From positions 1 through 64,000 of the IMG/VR virus record IMGVR_UViG_3300037067_011041: DNA of 64,000 nt; one strand, written 5' to 3'. Source of the DNA: a virus. Lineage: Duplodnaviria; Caudoviricetes. The notes under the pieces were generated by a model. The model made no database searches, was not told where the DNA came from, and was given only the letters and a program-made list of their open reading frames with translations. This document shows, one piece after another, positions 17,848 to 28,700 of this stretch. The position numbers were made by a program, and so were the translations under genes. Each line of letters opens with the position of its first letter. The stretch's first letter is position 1.

Positions 17848-18584
17848 TGAGACTGTCTGTAACCAACGTGCGAAATCCAATGCTGCCCACAGGAGGTGGA
17901 AGCGGCGTCGGACTATTGGAGAAGCGACTGCTCGCTGTCTCTTCGCTTGGGTTGGATCAGGCCGTTTCGTATCTTGGAGATTGGCTCCGGTACACATCCG
18001 ACTACATGCTGCTGGATCAGGACGCTGATTTACATAACAATCACGCGAGCGACCCAGCCACCCACACACTCTCTGTGCTAGATATCGCCACGTTTGCCAT
18101 GGATCGAGCCAGGAGCATTGAGTCAGTCATGTCGCTGACTGATTATGCTCACGCGTCTCTCGATGGCTATCATCCTCCTGGAACAGGAAATGAAACAGGC
18201 GATCCAGATCTTAGCAAGCACGACGTAACAGCAAATGAAACGGTGCTCGTAGGACAGCCTGTCTACGTATCTGGAAACAACACCGTCAACCTAGCCGACG
18301 CATCGTCAGTAAACACGTCAGATGCTATTGGCTTGGTGCTTGCTGGTGCTTCAGCTAACGAAACTGCCACCATTTTGACGGAAGGAAGCGTCAATCAAGC
18401 TGATTGGACAAATGTAATTGGTGCCACATCGCTGTCCCCAGGGTCTCTTTACTTCCTTGATACAACAGCAGGTAAGATGTCTACAACGGCACCGAGCGTA
18501 GACGGACAAGTAGTGGTCAAGATGGGTACGGCTATCACGATCACAAAGTTTGACATCGAAGTAAACAAGGTCGCCATTCTATGA
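17847..18584 (+). CDS. virion decoration protein (paralog of 8332..8796)
   Basis: TAATG coupling; shared C-terminal domain. Confidence 0.65.
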   Translation: MRLSVTNVRNPMLPTGGGSGVGLLEKRLLAVSSLGLDQAVSYLGDWLRYTSDYMLLDQDADLHNNHASDPATHTLSVLDIATFAMDRARSIESVMSLTDYAHASLDGYHPPGTGNETGDPDLSKHDVTANETVLVGQPVYVSGNNTVNLADASSVNTSDAIGLVLAGASANETATILTEGSVNQADWTNVIGATSLSPGSLYFLDTTAGKMSTTAPSVDGQVVVKMGTAITITKFDIEVNKVAIL

Positions 18585-21500
18585 CAACGTATGCTCCGCT
18601 AGTACAAATTGCGGGCGAAGTACATCGGCTTGATGCTGCCGATGCACTTGCAATATCGACTATCGATGTTGCTACGCTTCTATTGACCGGCAACATGCAA
18701 ATCAACGGCACTGCCATCACTGTGAATGGCAGCAGCATCACATCAAACTTGATTTCAAACTGGAATACGGCGTACGGCTGGGGCAACCACGCTGGCTTGT
18801 ATGATCCTATCAATGAAGCATCTGGGATCATGTCAAACCATGAGAGCACGTACAATCACACCCACTACAACACTGCGTATAGTTGGGGTGACCATTCTGG
18901 CTTGTATGACTTGCTTGGGACCGCTGCTAGCGCTGTCACTACGCACGAGTCTACCTACAATCACAACAGCTTCGGGCTGTCGATTGGGGCTCCGACAACT
19001 GCCAATCAAATATACCAAGCCACTGGAAATGGAACTGGCGCGTGGACGACCAATATCGTCGGGCTTACTTCGCTCACCGTAGACAACATCACTATCGATG
19101 GAAGCAAGATCACTGGTCTTGGCACAATCGATTTTGATGACGAGAATCTTTGGACTCTTGGATGGATAAAAGTAGGAAACTGGACCATTCCGAATGGGTC
19201 GGCGCCAGCCAATTCTCTATTGATTACAGCTACAGCCAACACGCCTGCCTGGCAGGCATCGAGCGCAAACACCCTTCTCACAGCCAATGCCACAGGCATC
19301 ATTCAGTGGTCATCGCAGCCGTGGAATTTTAGTGACCCAGGGCCAACAACCGACAACCAGATACTCCAGGCAACCGGCGCTGGCACAGCAGCATGGACCA
19401 CAGACGTGCAAACACTCACGTCATTGCAGGTTGACAACCTGACTATTGATGGCAGTGGGATTACATCTACTGGCGATCTGTACCTCACTGTGGCCGTTGG
19501 CAGTAACATTCATTTTGACGGAAGCGGGCTACTCAAGATCAGGGATTTAAGTGATGGTTCAAATATACGAATTCAGGTAAACCTCACAAATACGCGGACA
19601 CAATTCTATGGTCCGGATGAAGTCGAGTATGTCATAATAGAGCCTTATTCTGGCGGGCAGGTCTGGTCAAAAGTTCCAGTGCGCATTACAGCGAACAATG
19701 TGGCCGCCACGTATGGTACGGCTAACAATGCCTCGGTGTACTATGACGGTACAAATTTTGTCATTGATCCAGACACAGTAGGCAGTGGAAATTTGGTGGT
19801 AGGGGGTAATGAGACCGTTAATGGAGTTCTCAAGACCGCAGGAACCCACGTGTCAGTGAGACGCCATGTGTTCGATTACTATCAGAACAGCGCGACACTT
19901 ATTGGCACGATGAAGATTCGCTTGCCTTTTGGCTTTGACAATATCCATCACACCATCAGAATTCGTGGCTATCAATATACCTCGGGAGACAATGACGGCG
20001 CGTGGGAATGTACTTTGGGCGGCTACCCATACTCGACCATGACGTGGTACGCGATGGGCGGTTTTGAGTCGAAGGCACCATTTACCACAGTGAGAGCCGC
20101 CCACGATGGCACAGATTGTTGCTATCTGCTAGGAACGGAATCGACTGTCTGGTCATATCCACATATCGAAATAGAGATATCCTATCATCCGTCGCGTGAC
20201 AGCGTTTTCAACGGAAGTTGGAACATCGCCTTCTCATCAAATGAGGCTGGCGACTGGTCACTGACGAGTGTCGCGGACGTTCCAATGTACCATGCGTCAG
20301 GTACTATCATTCCACGATGCACGGCTGACAATCAGATTCTTCAGGCCACGGCTACCGGCATAGCTGCATGGACTACAGACGTGCAGACACTTACGTCGTT
20401 GCAGGTCGACGATCTCGCAATCAATGGGCAGTCGATAATATCGGCTGGCGCATTATACTTGTATAGTGACACTGCTAATATCATTTTGCGGGCCCAAACG
20501 TCTGGCGGCGTGTACATAGATACGTCTAGTAAGTTTTGGGTACGCACTGAAGGTAGTTACACGACACGTTTTACTGTAAACGCCGTAGACGGCTCTGTAG
20601 GCATCGGAAGCGACAATCTGTCGAACACTGGTGCTTACATGAACGTTTGGACAACTGGCACCGGGATAGCTTCTCAGTTCCTTGTGACGGGACAAGCTTA
20701 CTCATCTGATAGCGGTGCATATTCAATGCGTGTGGCAACACAGGCATACCCGGCCAACGGACAACAGGCGCGGCAAATTAACATAGAGGGTAGTGTAAAA
20801 GTAGACACTGGTAATACGGTCTCCTGGTTGATTGGTGAAATGATAAATCCAATCACCAAGAGCGGAAACGGCACCATCACGAACGCCGCCAGCCTCTATG
20901 TATACCCACAAACAGTAGGCGCAACGAACTACGCTATCATTGTGACTGGGGGTGTGTCCCGATTCAATGACTCTGCTGTGTTGTCATTCGGTTCAAGCTC
21001 GGATGCTACCATAACTTACGATGGCTCCGATTTGATAGTTGATCCTGACGCTATTGGCAGTGGGCACCTCAAGATAAATGGTGCGACTGATATTGTCGGC
21101 GGCTTGACTGTTGACGGCATAAGTGTCTCTGGTACGCTACAGATTGGTAGTAGTGATGTATGCCGCGTGTTGAGCGAGAACAAGACCTACTACGTGCGAA
21201 CTACAGGGAATGACACAACCGGCGATGGGAGTTCAGGAACTCCATGGCTAACGGTTAGTAGAGCCCTTGACGAAATCTACAAATGGGTAGCCGATGAAAA
21301 CACAATCACAATTGACGTAGGTGAAGGCACATTCAATGAATCCACACTGTCACCAACCTACGCGTACGGGTCCAATTTGTATGTAGTAGGCGTTTCTGAG
21401 ACTCACAATGCTGGTTGTGCAGTGTCAGCCATTGGCAGTATAACAGCATTGGAAAGTGGTTTGGAGTACATTGATTTCACAATCACGCTTCCAGTTGGTT

Positions 21501-22264
21501 ACACATCAGCAACGGGCCAGTACATTATTTGCAAAACCGCGAGCGGCGGCACAAATGAACACCTTACTCTTGGTGTTCATGAAGTAGTTGGTTGGGACTC
21601 CGGTAATCGCGCCGCCACAGTTCGATGTGTTCGTCGAGCCGGTGTAACTGCTGTTCCTAGTGGCGCCATTTCATTGACAGACATTCGAGTCATCAAGACT
21701 GTGTTGTCATTTTCATCTGGTCATGGTGTCTCAATGACTGGCGCATACCATGGCGGTAATTGGAACTCTCTTGTGCTTAAAGGAAACGCATCTGGTTATG
21801 CGTTGAATTTGCTTAGCGGTGCATCGTTTTCTGCCGACACAAGTTTTGGAACCAGTAATTGGAACTATACTATCTATTGTGCGGGCAATGGGAATTTCTT
21901 TGGCGATTCCACTTGCCATTCATTTTGTCGAGGCTCGTTAGTTCGAGTGCAAAATGGTGGTATTGCACAACTAAGATACAACGCTGTTCTTACTGGAGCT
22001 AGAACTCAGGGTATTTTCTGCTTTGTTGGCGGGACTGTGGCCGCATATCAGGTTCAAATGGCGACGTGTGGTAATGCCGACGGAGTTCTTTGTTACCAGG
22101 GAGGCTTCGTTGATATCAGCAGCGGGTACATTCGTGATGGTAACCCCACTGGAACTGGATGCAATGCAAATCGAGGCGGTGGCATCGACGCTACATCTGC
22201 TACCATTTCTGGTTACACTAGCAGCACAAGCACGGCAACAAACGGCTATATTATAGGACCATAA
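18581..22264 (+). CDS. long fibre/spike protein with internal repeats and a C-terminal beta-helix-like domain
   Basis: 1227 aa, T/S/G/N-rich; WNTAYGWG.H x2, NQILQAT..G.AAWTT x3, YYVRTTGND.TGDG. Confidence 0.8.
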   Translation: MTTYAPLVQIAGEVHRLDAADALAISTIDVATLLLTGNMQINGTAITVNGSSITSNLISNWNTAYGWGNHAGLYDPINEASGIMSNHESTYNHTHYNTAYSWGDHSGLYDLLGTAASAVTTHESTYNHNSFGLSIGAPTTANQIYQATGNGTGAWTTNIVGLTSLTVDNITIDGSKITGLGTIDFDDENLWTLGWIKVGNWTIPNGSAPANSLLITATANTPAWQASSANTLLTANATGIIQWSSQPWNFSDPGPTTDNQILQATGAGTAAWTTDVQTLTSLQVDNLTIDGSGITSTGDLYLTVAVGSNIHFDGSGLLKIRDLSDGSNIRIQVNLTNTRTQFYGPDEVEYVIIEPYSGGQVWSKVPVRITANNVAATYGTANNASVYYDGTNFVIDPDTVGSGNLVVGGNETVNGVLKTAGTHVSVRRHVFDYYQNSATLIGTMKIRLPFGFDNIHHTIRIRGYQYTSGDNDGAWECTLGGYPYSTMTWYAMGGFESKAPFTTVRAAHDGTDCCYLLGTESTVWSYPHIEIEISYHPSRDSVFNGSWNIAFSSNEAGDWSLTSVADVPMYHASGTIIPRCTADNQILQATATGIAAWTTDVQTLTSLQVDDLAINGQSIISAGALYLYSDTANIILRAQTSGGVYIDTSSKFWVRTEGSYTTRFTVNAVDGSVGIGSDNLSNTGAYMNVWTTGTGIASQFLVTGQAYSSDSGAYSMRVATQAYPANGQQARQINIEGSVKVDTGNTVSWLIGEMINPITKSGNGTITNAASLYVYPQTVGATNYAIIVTGGVSRFNDSAVLSFGSSSDATITYDGSDLIVDPDAIGSGHLKINGATDIVGGLTVDGISVSGTLQIGSSDVCRVLSENKTYYVRTTGNDTTGDGSSGTPWLTVSRALDEIYKWVADENTITIDVGEGTFNESTLSPTYAYGSNLYVVGVSETHNAGCAVSAIGSITALESGLEYIDFTITLPVGYTSATGQYIICKTASGGTNEHLTLGVHEVVGWDSGNRAATVRCVRRAGVTAVPSGAISLTDIRVIKTVLSFSSGHGVSMTGAYHGGNWNSLVLKGNASGYALNLLSGASFSADTSFGTSNWNYTIYCAGNGNFFGDSTCHSFCRGSLVRVQNGGIAQLRYNAVLTGARTQGIFCFVGGTVAAYQVQMATCGNADGVLCYQGGFVDISSGYIRDGNPTGTGCNANRGGGIDATSATISGYTSSTSTATNGYIIGP

Positions 22265-22277
22265 AGAGGAGCACACA

Positions 22278-22541
22278 ATGGAATTCGCGGACCTTATTAA
22301 AGATTTCGGCCCACTTGTCGGTATTGTGTTGTTCTTCATCTGGCGAGACTGGAGACGCGAACAAGATTTGGTAGACCGGGTCACCAAATTGGAGGACTTC
22401 AATACTTCTGTGCTAACGAATATTGTGCAAGAGCAAGCGTCCGTCATTGCCACTAACACGGAAGTTATCAAAGCAAATACTGCACAGTTTCGTCTCATCA
22501 GTGAAACAATGGCCCTTTGTAAGGCAAGGCAGAATGGTTAG
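22278..22541 (+). CDS. single-TM membrane protein (holin-like)
   Basis: GAGGAG RBS; N-terminal TM followed by a coiled coil. Confidence 0.55.
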   Translation: MEFADLIKDFGPLVGIVLFFIWRDWRREQDLVDRVTKLEDFNTSVLTNIVQEQASVIATNTEVIKANTAQFRLISETMALCKARQNG

Positions 22542-23031
22542 ACCAAACTACAATTTGATTCGCCTTATTCGTCGGTGCATCCGACAAATGAAGCAAGAGT
22601 ACGGCGGGCCAATCACTGTTTACAGGCTCACCTCTGTTGACACCGACCTGCAAACAGGCGCGAAGACAGTTACCAGGGAGTCTATCTTTGTTCCACGGGC
22701 TGTGGTTTTGCCTTGCGTATTGTCGCGTTTTCGAGTTCAGACCATCTCTGTCATTTCTGCCAACAAGCAAATTGTTCAAGGTGGCACCTATGATCCTGGG
22801 ATGCGTACGTTCATTATCGATCGCAACGATGTCCCGTCTTGGGAGTTGCAGAAGGATGACTGGATCGTCTATGATTCAAAGAGATATGAACTAAAGACGA
22901 TCGAAGAATATGAATACAAGACGGCGTGGGTGATCGTGGCCAAAGAAGTGGAAGGCATGGCATCTCAACAAGATCACTACGTTACAGCCAGTGATCTTAT
23001 CGGCTTATCTGACAGCACACAGGAAGCGTAA
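22534..23031 (+). CDS. head-tail joining/closure protein
   Basis: Position in the neck module; DDWIVYD.KRY pattern. Confidence 0.55.
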   Translation: MVRPNYNLIRLIRRCIRQMKQEYGGPITVYRLTSVDTDLQTGAKTVTRESIFVPRAVVLPCVLSRFRVQTISVISANKQIVQGGTYDPGMRTFIIDRNDVPSWELQKDDWIVYDSKRYELKTIEEYEYKTAWVIVAKEVEGMASQQDHYVTASDLIGLSDSTQEA

Positions 23032-23032
23032 C

Positions 23033-23590
23033 ATGAAAAATCTACCGAGATGGATATTCGCTTCTGTTGCAAGCCACTTTGAGACGATATCGCTCGCCAA
23101 CAGCATTCCCTATTTCGTTGAGAGTGCCAACGAGAGAAGCGATGAGTCGATGGAAGTCAGTCACGCTGAGATACGAATGACTGGCCCGTACATCAAGGAA
23201 GTGAGCCGAGATCAGTTTCATGTTGAGACTGTCATCAATGTTCTTTTGACTTCCATTATGGACATCTCTGGCAACGCTTACGAGATCATTCAGTGGGCAG
23301 GGATTTTTCAAAGTGCTATGTTGGACCCAATACCGGTGTACAAACTTGGGAACGGGGCGGATGACACCGGACATCTCATAGGGTGTCTTCGCAACAAGAA
23401 AAGCAGATATGATATGGTAAAGGTGTACCATTTCGGCCAATCCGATATTACCGATCGAGTTAGCCAGTCTGAAGTTGACGCGATTTATGAATTCGACGTC
23501 ACCAGAAACGTTCTTGAGCAAGGCGGCATATTGCTAGGGGACGTTACTTCAAATCTGTCGCTTACTCAGACCAATGTAAACACCGTATAA
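23033..23590 (+). CDS. tail terminator-like protein
   Basis: Immediately precedes the tail tube gene. Confidence 0.5.
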   Translation: MKNLPRWIFASVASHFETISLANSIPYFVESANERSDESMEVSHAEIRMTGPYIKEVSRDQFHVETVINVLLTSIMDISGNAYEIIQWAGIFQSAMLDPIPVYKLGNGADDTGHLIGCLRNKKSRYDMVKVYHFGQSDITDRVSQSEVDAIYEFDVTRNVLEQGGILLGDVTSNLSLTQTNVNTV

Positions 23591-23714
23591 CGAAACACTT
23601 CTTCTGCATTCGTCGCGCGGACTGTGCTGAAGATTTGAACTACCGCCTCGGGCGGGCTCCAAGGTCTCGCGGAAGACCACTGTTACTTACAATCAACCTT
23701 CGAGGAGTAACCAA

Positions 23715-24473
23715 ATGGCTCGAATCGAAATGCGTGACGTTACCATCTATGTCATGGATGGTCTTAGCGGGACGGCAAACTTGACCTCCAACGCCACCGC
23801 AAACGACACGACCCTGAACATCAACACGGTCGCGTTGAATACCACTGCCAATACCCTGGTGCCCATTGGTGCCCGGCTGACAATCAACGGCGAAACTACC
23901 CAGACGGTTCACACTGTTACGGCGCGTACGCCCACCGACAACGGTCCCACGACCAACATCACCATTACCCCGGCTGTTGGAGCGGGAACTTTCAATAGCG
24001 GCAACGCTGAAGGGCAGCTTACCTTCCTGCCGCAGAGAATCGAGATCAAGATCGGCGAGGGTAACCTCACTTGGACCGAGACGAAGGAATATGAGTACCT
24101 TCGGGAACGCGGTGATCTTGACTCCGTCAAGGAAGGCGACGAGCAACCGGTCGAGATGTCCCTTGAGTTCATCTACGACTACATCAAGACTCAATCGGGT
24201 CAGGCCATTACCCCGGTCGACGCCCTGAAGCAACTTGGCGAGGCGTCCGAGTGGGTGTCGAGTTCGGCCGATTTGTGCGAGCCCTACGCCGTCGACATTC
24301 TCGCGAAGCACTGCGTTCCGTGCGGAACCGACTATGACGAAGACGTGCTGTTTACCGATTTCCGGTACGAATCGCTGGATTTCGATATGGGTGCTGCCAC
24401 CGTTGCCGTCTCCGGACGTTGCAACGCAAGCTCGCCCACTGTCACTCGATCGAATGACGCCGAGTGCGCGTAA
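23715..24473 (+). CDS. major tail (tube) protein with a T/N-rich insertion
   Basis: GAGGAG RBS; high-expression codon bias; precedes the chaperone and tape measure genes. Confidence 0.75.
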   Translation: MARIEMRDVTIYVMDGLSGTANLTSNATANDTTLNINTVALNTTANTLVPIGARLTINGETTQTVHTVTARTPTDNGPTTNITITPAVGAGTFNSGNAEGQLTFLPQRIEIKIGEGNLTWTETKEYEYLRERGDLDSVKEGDEQPVEMSLEFIYDYIKTQSGQAITPVDALKQLGEASEWVSSSADLCEPYAVDILAKHCVPCGTDYDEDVLFTDFRYESLDFDMGAATVAVSGRCNASSPTVTRSNDAECA

Positions 24474-24484
24474 TCAACTTACCA

Positions 24485-24514
24485 TCGCAGAGTGGCTGAA
24501 AAGCCACTCTGCGA
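24485..24514. terminator. perfect 13-bp hairpin with GAAA loop after the tail tube gene
   Basis: TCGCAGAGTGGCT-GAAA-AGCCACTCTGCGA. Confidence 0.65.
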
Positions 24515-24553
24515 CGGTACCTCGTTTCCAAGCCTCAACTAGGAGAAAATACA

Positions 24554-25009
24554 ATGAAGGTCGGTGGAGTAGAAGTAAGTCCATGTGAAGAACTGCTGGT
24601 TCTTCCTCGTTCCAATGGTTCCGATATCCCGTTTCGGGCCCGAGCAGTTTCCATTAGCAAGGAGTTCAATGAGAAGGTGCCGATGCCTGTGGCACCCATG
24701 CTTCAAACAAAGGACGGTAACAAGCACGACTTCAAAGACCCGGCGTACAAAGCCGCCCTTCAGCGGAGAGATGAGCAAAGATTTGCATTGATGTGCTTGC
24801 GATCTCTAGAGCCGAGCAACATTGAATGGGAGACCGTCGACATCGATGATCCCGGCACATGGTTGAACTGGGATGTCGAACTGAAAGCGGCTGGCATTTC
24901 TGATGTTGAAGGTCAGCGTATCATCAACTTGGTGATGGCCGCAAATTCTCTCGACGAGAAAAAGGTCGAAGAAGCCCGGCAGGCTTTTCTACTTGGTCAG
25001 GTAGCGTAG
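24554..25009 (+). CDS. tail assembly chaperone (gpG-like)
   Basis: AGGAG RBS; between tube and tape measure; ends ...ARQAFLLGQVA. Confidence 0.75.
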   Translation: MKVGGVEVSPCEELLVLPRSNGSDIPFRARAVSISKEFNEKVPMPVAPMLQTKDGNKHDFKDPAYKAALQRRDEQRFALMCLRSLEPSNIEWETVDIDDPGTWLNWDVELKAAGISDVEGQRIINLVMAANSLDEKKVEEARQAFLLGQVA

Positions 25010-25212
25010 CCCGGAAGCTTATCTGGCCGCCAAATCGAACCTCTGAATACGTGATATGGGCAGCTTGTCGCGAATTCGGTATTCTTCCTCCGGGATTCTT
25101 GAAAGAAAGCCAATTGGGCTGGGATGAGTTGGATGCGTTACAACAAGCCCGACTCATCGCGTTTCATCAGACCGCCGAACACGATCGAGCCATGTGTTGG
25201 CCGAGGCTCTAA
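24985..25212 (+). CDS. probable -1 frameshift extension (gpGT-like)
   Basis: -1 frame is open from GCT TTT CTA to TAA at 25210-25212, which overlaps the next ATG (TAATG); no RBS-linked start seen. Confidence 0.6.
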   Translation, partial: FSTWSGSVARKLIWPPNRTSEYVIWAACREFGILPPGFLKESQLGWDELDALQQARLIAFHQTAEHDRAMCWPRL

Positions 25213-25718
25213 TGGAATTCACAACTGACTTCTACTGGCTTGATTTAAGCCTGTCCGAATATCAAAAAGTCCTGCTGAATACTCTCCGGTATTACAATGA
25301 GAAAGCAGGTCAAGCGTGGATAGATGCTGCCATCAACAAGACTCCTATCCCGACTTGGTCAGGTGCATCAAGGGCCACGTTCCAAAAGTTAGCTGAAGAA
25401 CTTGGAACTTCTGTACCCATCGGGCCGCTTAAAACAAGAAGTCGTGTGGCACTTGGCAAAAGCGTGTCTACAAGCAGCGGAGTAGTGGAGGATGCTCAGA
25501 CGTCGTTTGTTGGATTCGTTTATGAGACTGATTTGAGATATCTGGCTTACAACGAATACAATCTAGCTACTGCCGGTCCGCCTCCACAGCCTTTCTCAAA
25601 TAACGTTCGCTTCACCCCTTACAACTTCCAATCCCGTGCCATGCAGGCATGGCTAGCTGTAGCCAAGACGGCACAACTTCCTAACCCCTACAACTATCTG
25701 AAGAAGTGGAAGATATAA
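25212..25718 (+). CDS. putative tail completion protein
   Basis: TPIPTWSGASRA resembles the TPVxTG motif of neck/tail proteins. Confidence 0.55.
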   Translation: MEFTTDFYWLDLSLSEYQKVLLNTLRYYNEKAGQAWIDAAINKTPIPTWSGASRATFQKLAEELGTSVPIGPLKTRSRVALGKSVSTSSGVVEDAQTSFVGFVYETDLRYLAYNEYNLATAGPPPQPFSNNVRFTPYNFQSRAMQAWLAVAKTAQLPNPYNYLKKWKI

Positions 25719-28700
25719 ATGGCCGAGATCACCCAGAAGCTAGGATTTGATGCTGGCGACGCCATCAGGAACTTGTCTTCCTTGACTGATGCTATTCTCA
25801 AAGCCAACTCGGCTATGACTAGCATGAAGTCGGCATCTAAAGGCGCTGCTGCTTTGGCCGCCGCTGAGAAGCAGATAGTCAAGACTAAGAATTCCGCCAA
25901 AGACTTCACCATTTCATGGCAGACGTTGGTTCGAGTTCTTGAGACCCAGCTTATTGTGCGAAGTCTCAACTTGGTGACCCAAGCCCTGCAAGATTCGGTT
26001 GAGCAGGCTCGTTTACTCGGGCTGGCAATCGAAGAAATTCGCACCATTGATGAAAAGGGGCGGGGCGCCGCCAGTCTGTCTGCTGACATCCTTGCTTTGT
26101 CTGATGCCATTGGTAAGACCCCTGTGGACGTCGCGGAAGGCGTTTATCAGACATTGTCCAACCAAGTAGTTGAGGCGGGTGAAGCTTTCAATTTCACATC
26201 CACTGCTGCCAAGCTGGCCGTAGTGACGGTAGCTGAGACCGGCGAAGCTGTAGACGCATTGTCGTCTATCATGAATTCGTACGGGTTGGAAGCGTCTGAG
26301 ACAGAGCGGATTGCCGGAACTTTGTTCCGTACAGTAGACTTGGGACGCTTGCGTCTTGGAGAGTTGGCGGACATTATTGGTCGTGTCACCCCAATCACAG
26401 CCCAACTGGGAATAACTTGGGAAGAGACTGCCGCTTCGATCGCCACCATGACTCAACAGGGCGTTCGAGCCGACACCGCCATCACGCAGTTGCGAGCGGT
26501 AATCACCCGCCTAATCAAGCCTACAGATGACGTCACAGCGATCTTCCATAAGTGGGGTGTTGTAGACGGCAAGCAAGCCATCGAGACATTCGGCGGCCTG
26601 CGAGGCGTTCTGGCAAAGTTGCAAGACGAAACAGGTAACAGTTCCGAAGAGATGGCGGAATTGTTGCGAAACGTCCGCGCCATTACCGGCGCGTTCGGCA
26701 TCATGGTTGACGGCGGAAAAACCGTCGAGTCCGTGCTGAGAGAAATTGAAGGCAGTTCCAACGCGGCCAATGTCGCATGGGAACAGTTCGCACAGTCTGA
26801 TGCACAGCGTCTGACTCAGTCTACTCAGGAATTCAGCAATCAGATAACACGCCTTGGACAAATAGGTCTTCCGGCTGTCGCTGGTTCTCTGGAAGCTGTA
26901 AACTACTTCCTTGAAGTGCAGGCTGACGGCTGGAGCACTTTGCTTGGCTTGTACAGTGAAGCAGAAAAATCGGCTCGCCTGTTTTCTATGACCATCGAGG
27001 CGGGCAATGATCGCGCTAGCCAACTGCAAAAAACTCTTGACGATGTTCAGAAGGGCGCCTACGATAATCTTCGTAAAGCTTCAAATCTGTATTACACTGA
27101 AGCCAATAGGAAAGAGCAGCAGCTTGCTCAAGTAAGAGCAAACTCGGTAAGACAGGCAACGGCCGTTCTTGAAGACGCTGCTGATTCCTTGACTGACTTT
27201 TACAAAGACAGCTTGAAGGGTGTCGAGCAGTTTGCCGATAAAGCTTCAGATCGTGTTAAGCAGGCATTCGAGAAAATCGCCGACGTTCAACGAGACGTTC
27301 AAGACCAGACTCTTGAATATCGCCTTGACAATGAAGAGGACGGTCTTCGCAGGCTTACCATTCTTGATGAAGAGTTTGCCAAAGCCCGCGAGGCTCGTAA
27401 CAGAGCGATCTCGAACATTGGCGCCGACCCATCATCGTTGGATGAAGCAGAGGCTGCCAATGCTAGGTTGGTAGACCTTGGAAAGCAGCGGGTGGCGCAG
27501 GCCAAGGAACTCGGCTACGAAGGACGACAGCTTGCTAGATACCAGGACGACGTTGTTAAGTCTGTGTCGGCCGGTGTTCCGATTCTGAAGTCATTCGCAG
27601 ATATTCAGAAGAGCGCTGAAGTGTCCGCGCGACAACAAGCGAAGGTTCTGGAGGACAACTTTGCAAGAACCGAGGCTATTGGAAAGCGAATCAAGGAGAT
27701 CTTCAAGGACGGTCTGATCGATCCAAAAGAGAAGGTGGAACTCGAAGCTCTTCGTATTGAGCAAGAGCGACTGAATGCCACCTCTAAAGAGGGCATGGAG
27801 ACTCTCAAAGCCTTTGGCCTCGATATCAACTTCAACAAGGTAGTCGATGGTCTCACCTTGGCATTAAACAAAGCCCAGAAGGATTGGGATGCCGAAGTAA
27901 AAAGAGCCGAGGCAGCCTTCCAACGGGCACTCATTCCGATCAAAGTCAAACTCGAACTCTCTGAGGGCGGGCTCCGCAAGCAAATCGCTGATGAGTTCAA
28001 TCTTGAGCAGTTTGAAGGTGAGACACTTGATTCGTTTGCCAGGAGAATTGATTCGTTTGCCGCCGACACTTTGGATGGGGTGCGAACGGGCTTCAATGAT
28101 ATTGCCATAGCAGAGTCGAAAGTGGCCGCTCCTCTGGCAGTGATAAACAGAAGCTTGAAGGAGATGCAGGCACTGACAGCGCAAAATCTGTCACAGGCGT
28201 TGCGCGAACAGCAGGCCGAGAATTCCTTTACCGTAGTACGCAGTCTTGAAGAGCGCCAACGTCTTGAGGCTCAGATCATTGAGGCTGCAAAGGCGGATAT
28301 CGCGGTAAACACACTGCTTGACCAAAAGTTCAGAGAGGCAAACACGCTTCTTCAACAGCGTGGCTCGCTTCAGGAAGGCACTATTGCGGCTCTTCGTACT
28401 CAGTATGATGAGGCTTTCAAAGCCGGTGAGATTACGAAGTCTCAGTTGAATTTGTACACAACGATGGCCGACGAAATCGCGGCCGTCGCTGAAAAGCTTC
28501 GGGCAAACAATGAGCTACGGGCTCAGATGCCAGAACAGACACAGGTTCTTCTTCTTGAGCAGTTGTCGGCCAAGCAAAATGAACTTGCGGCCCAGAAGAA
28601 GGTCGAGGCCCAAGTAACCGCCGAAATGTCTGGCGACTATGCCAGAATCAACAGCATGGCGGACGACTTGTCTGGCGCTACTCAAACTATTGGAGACAAC

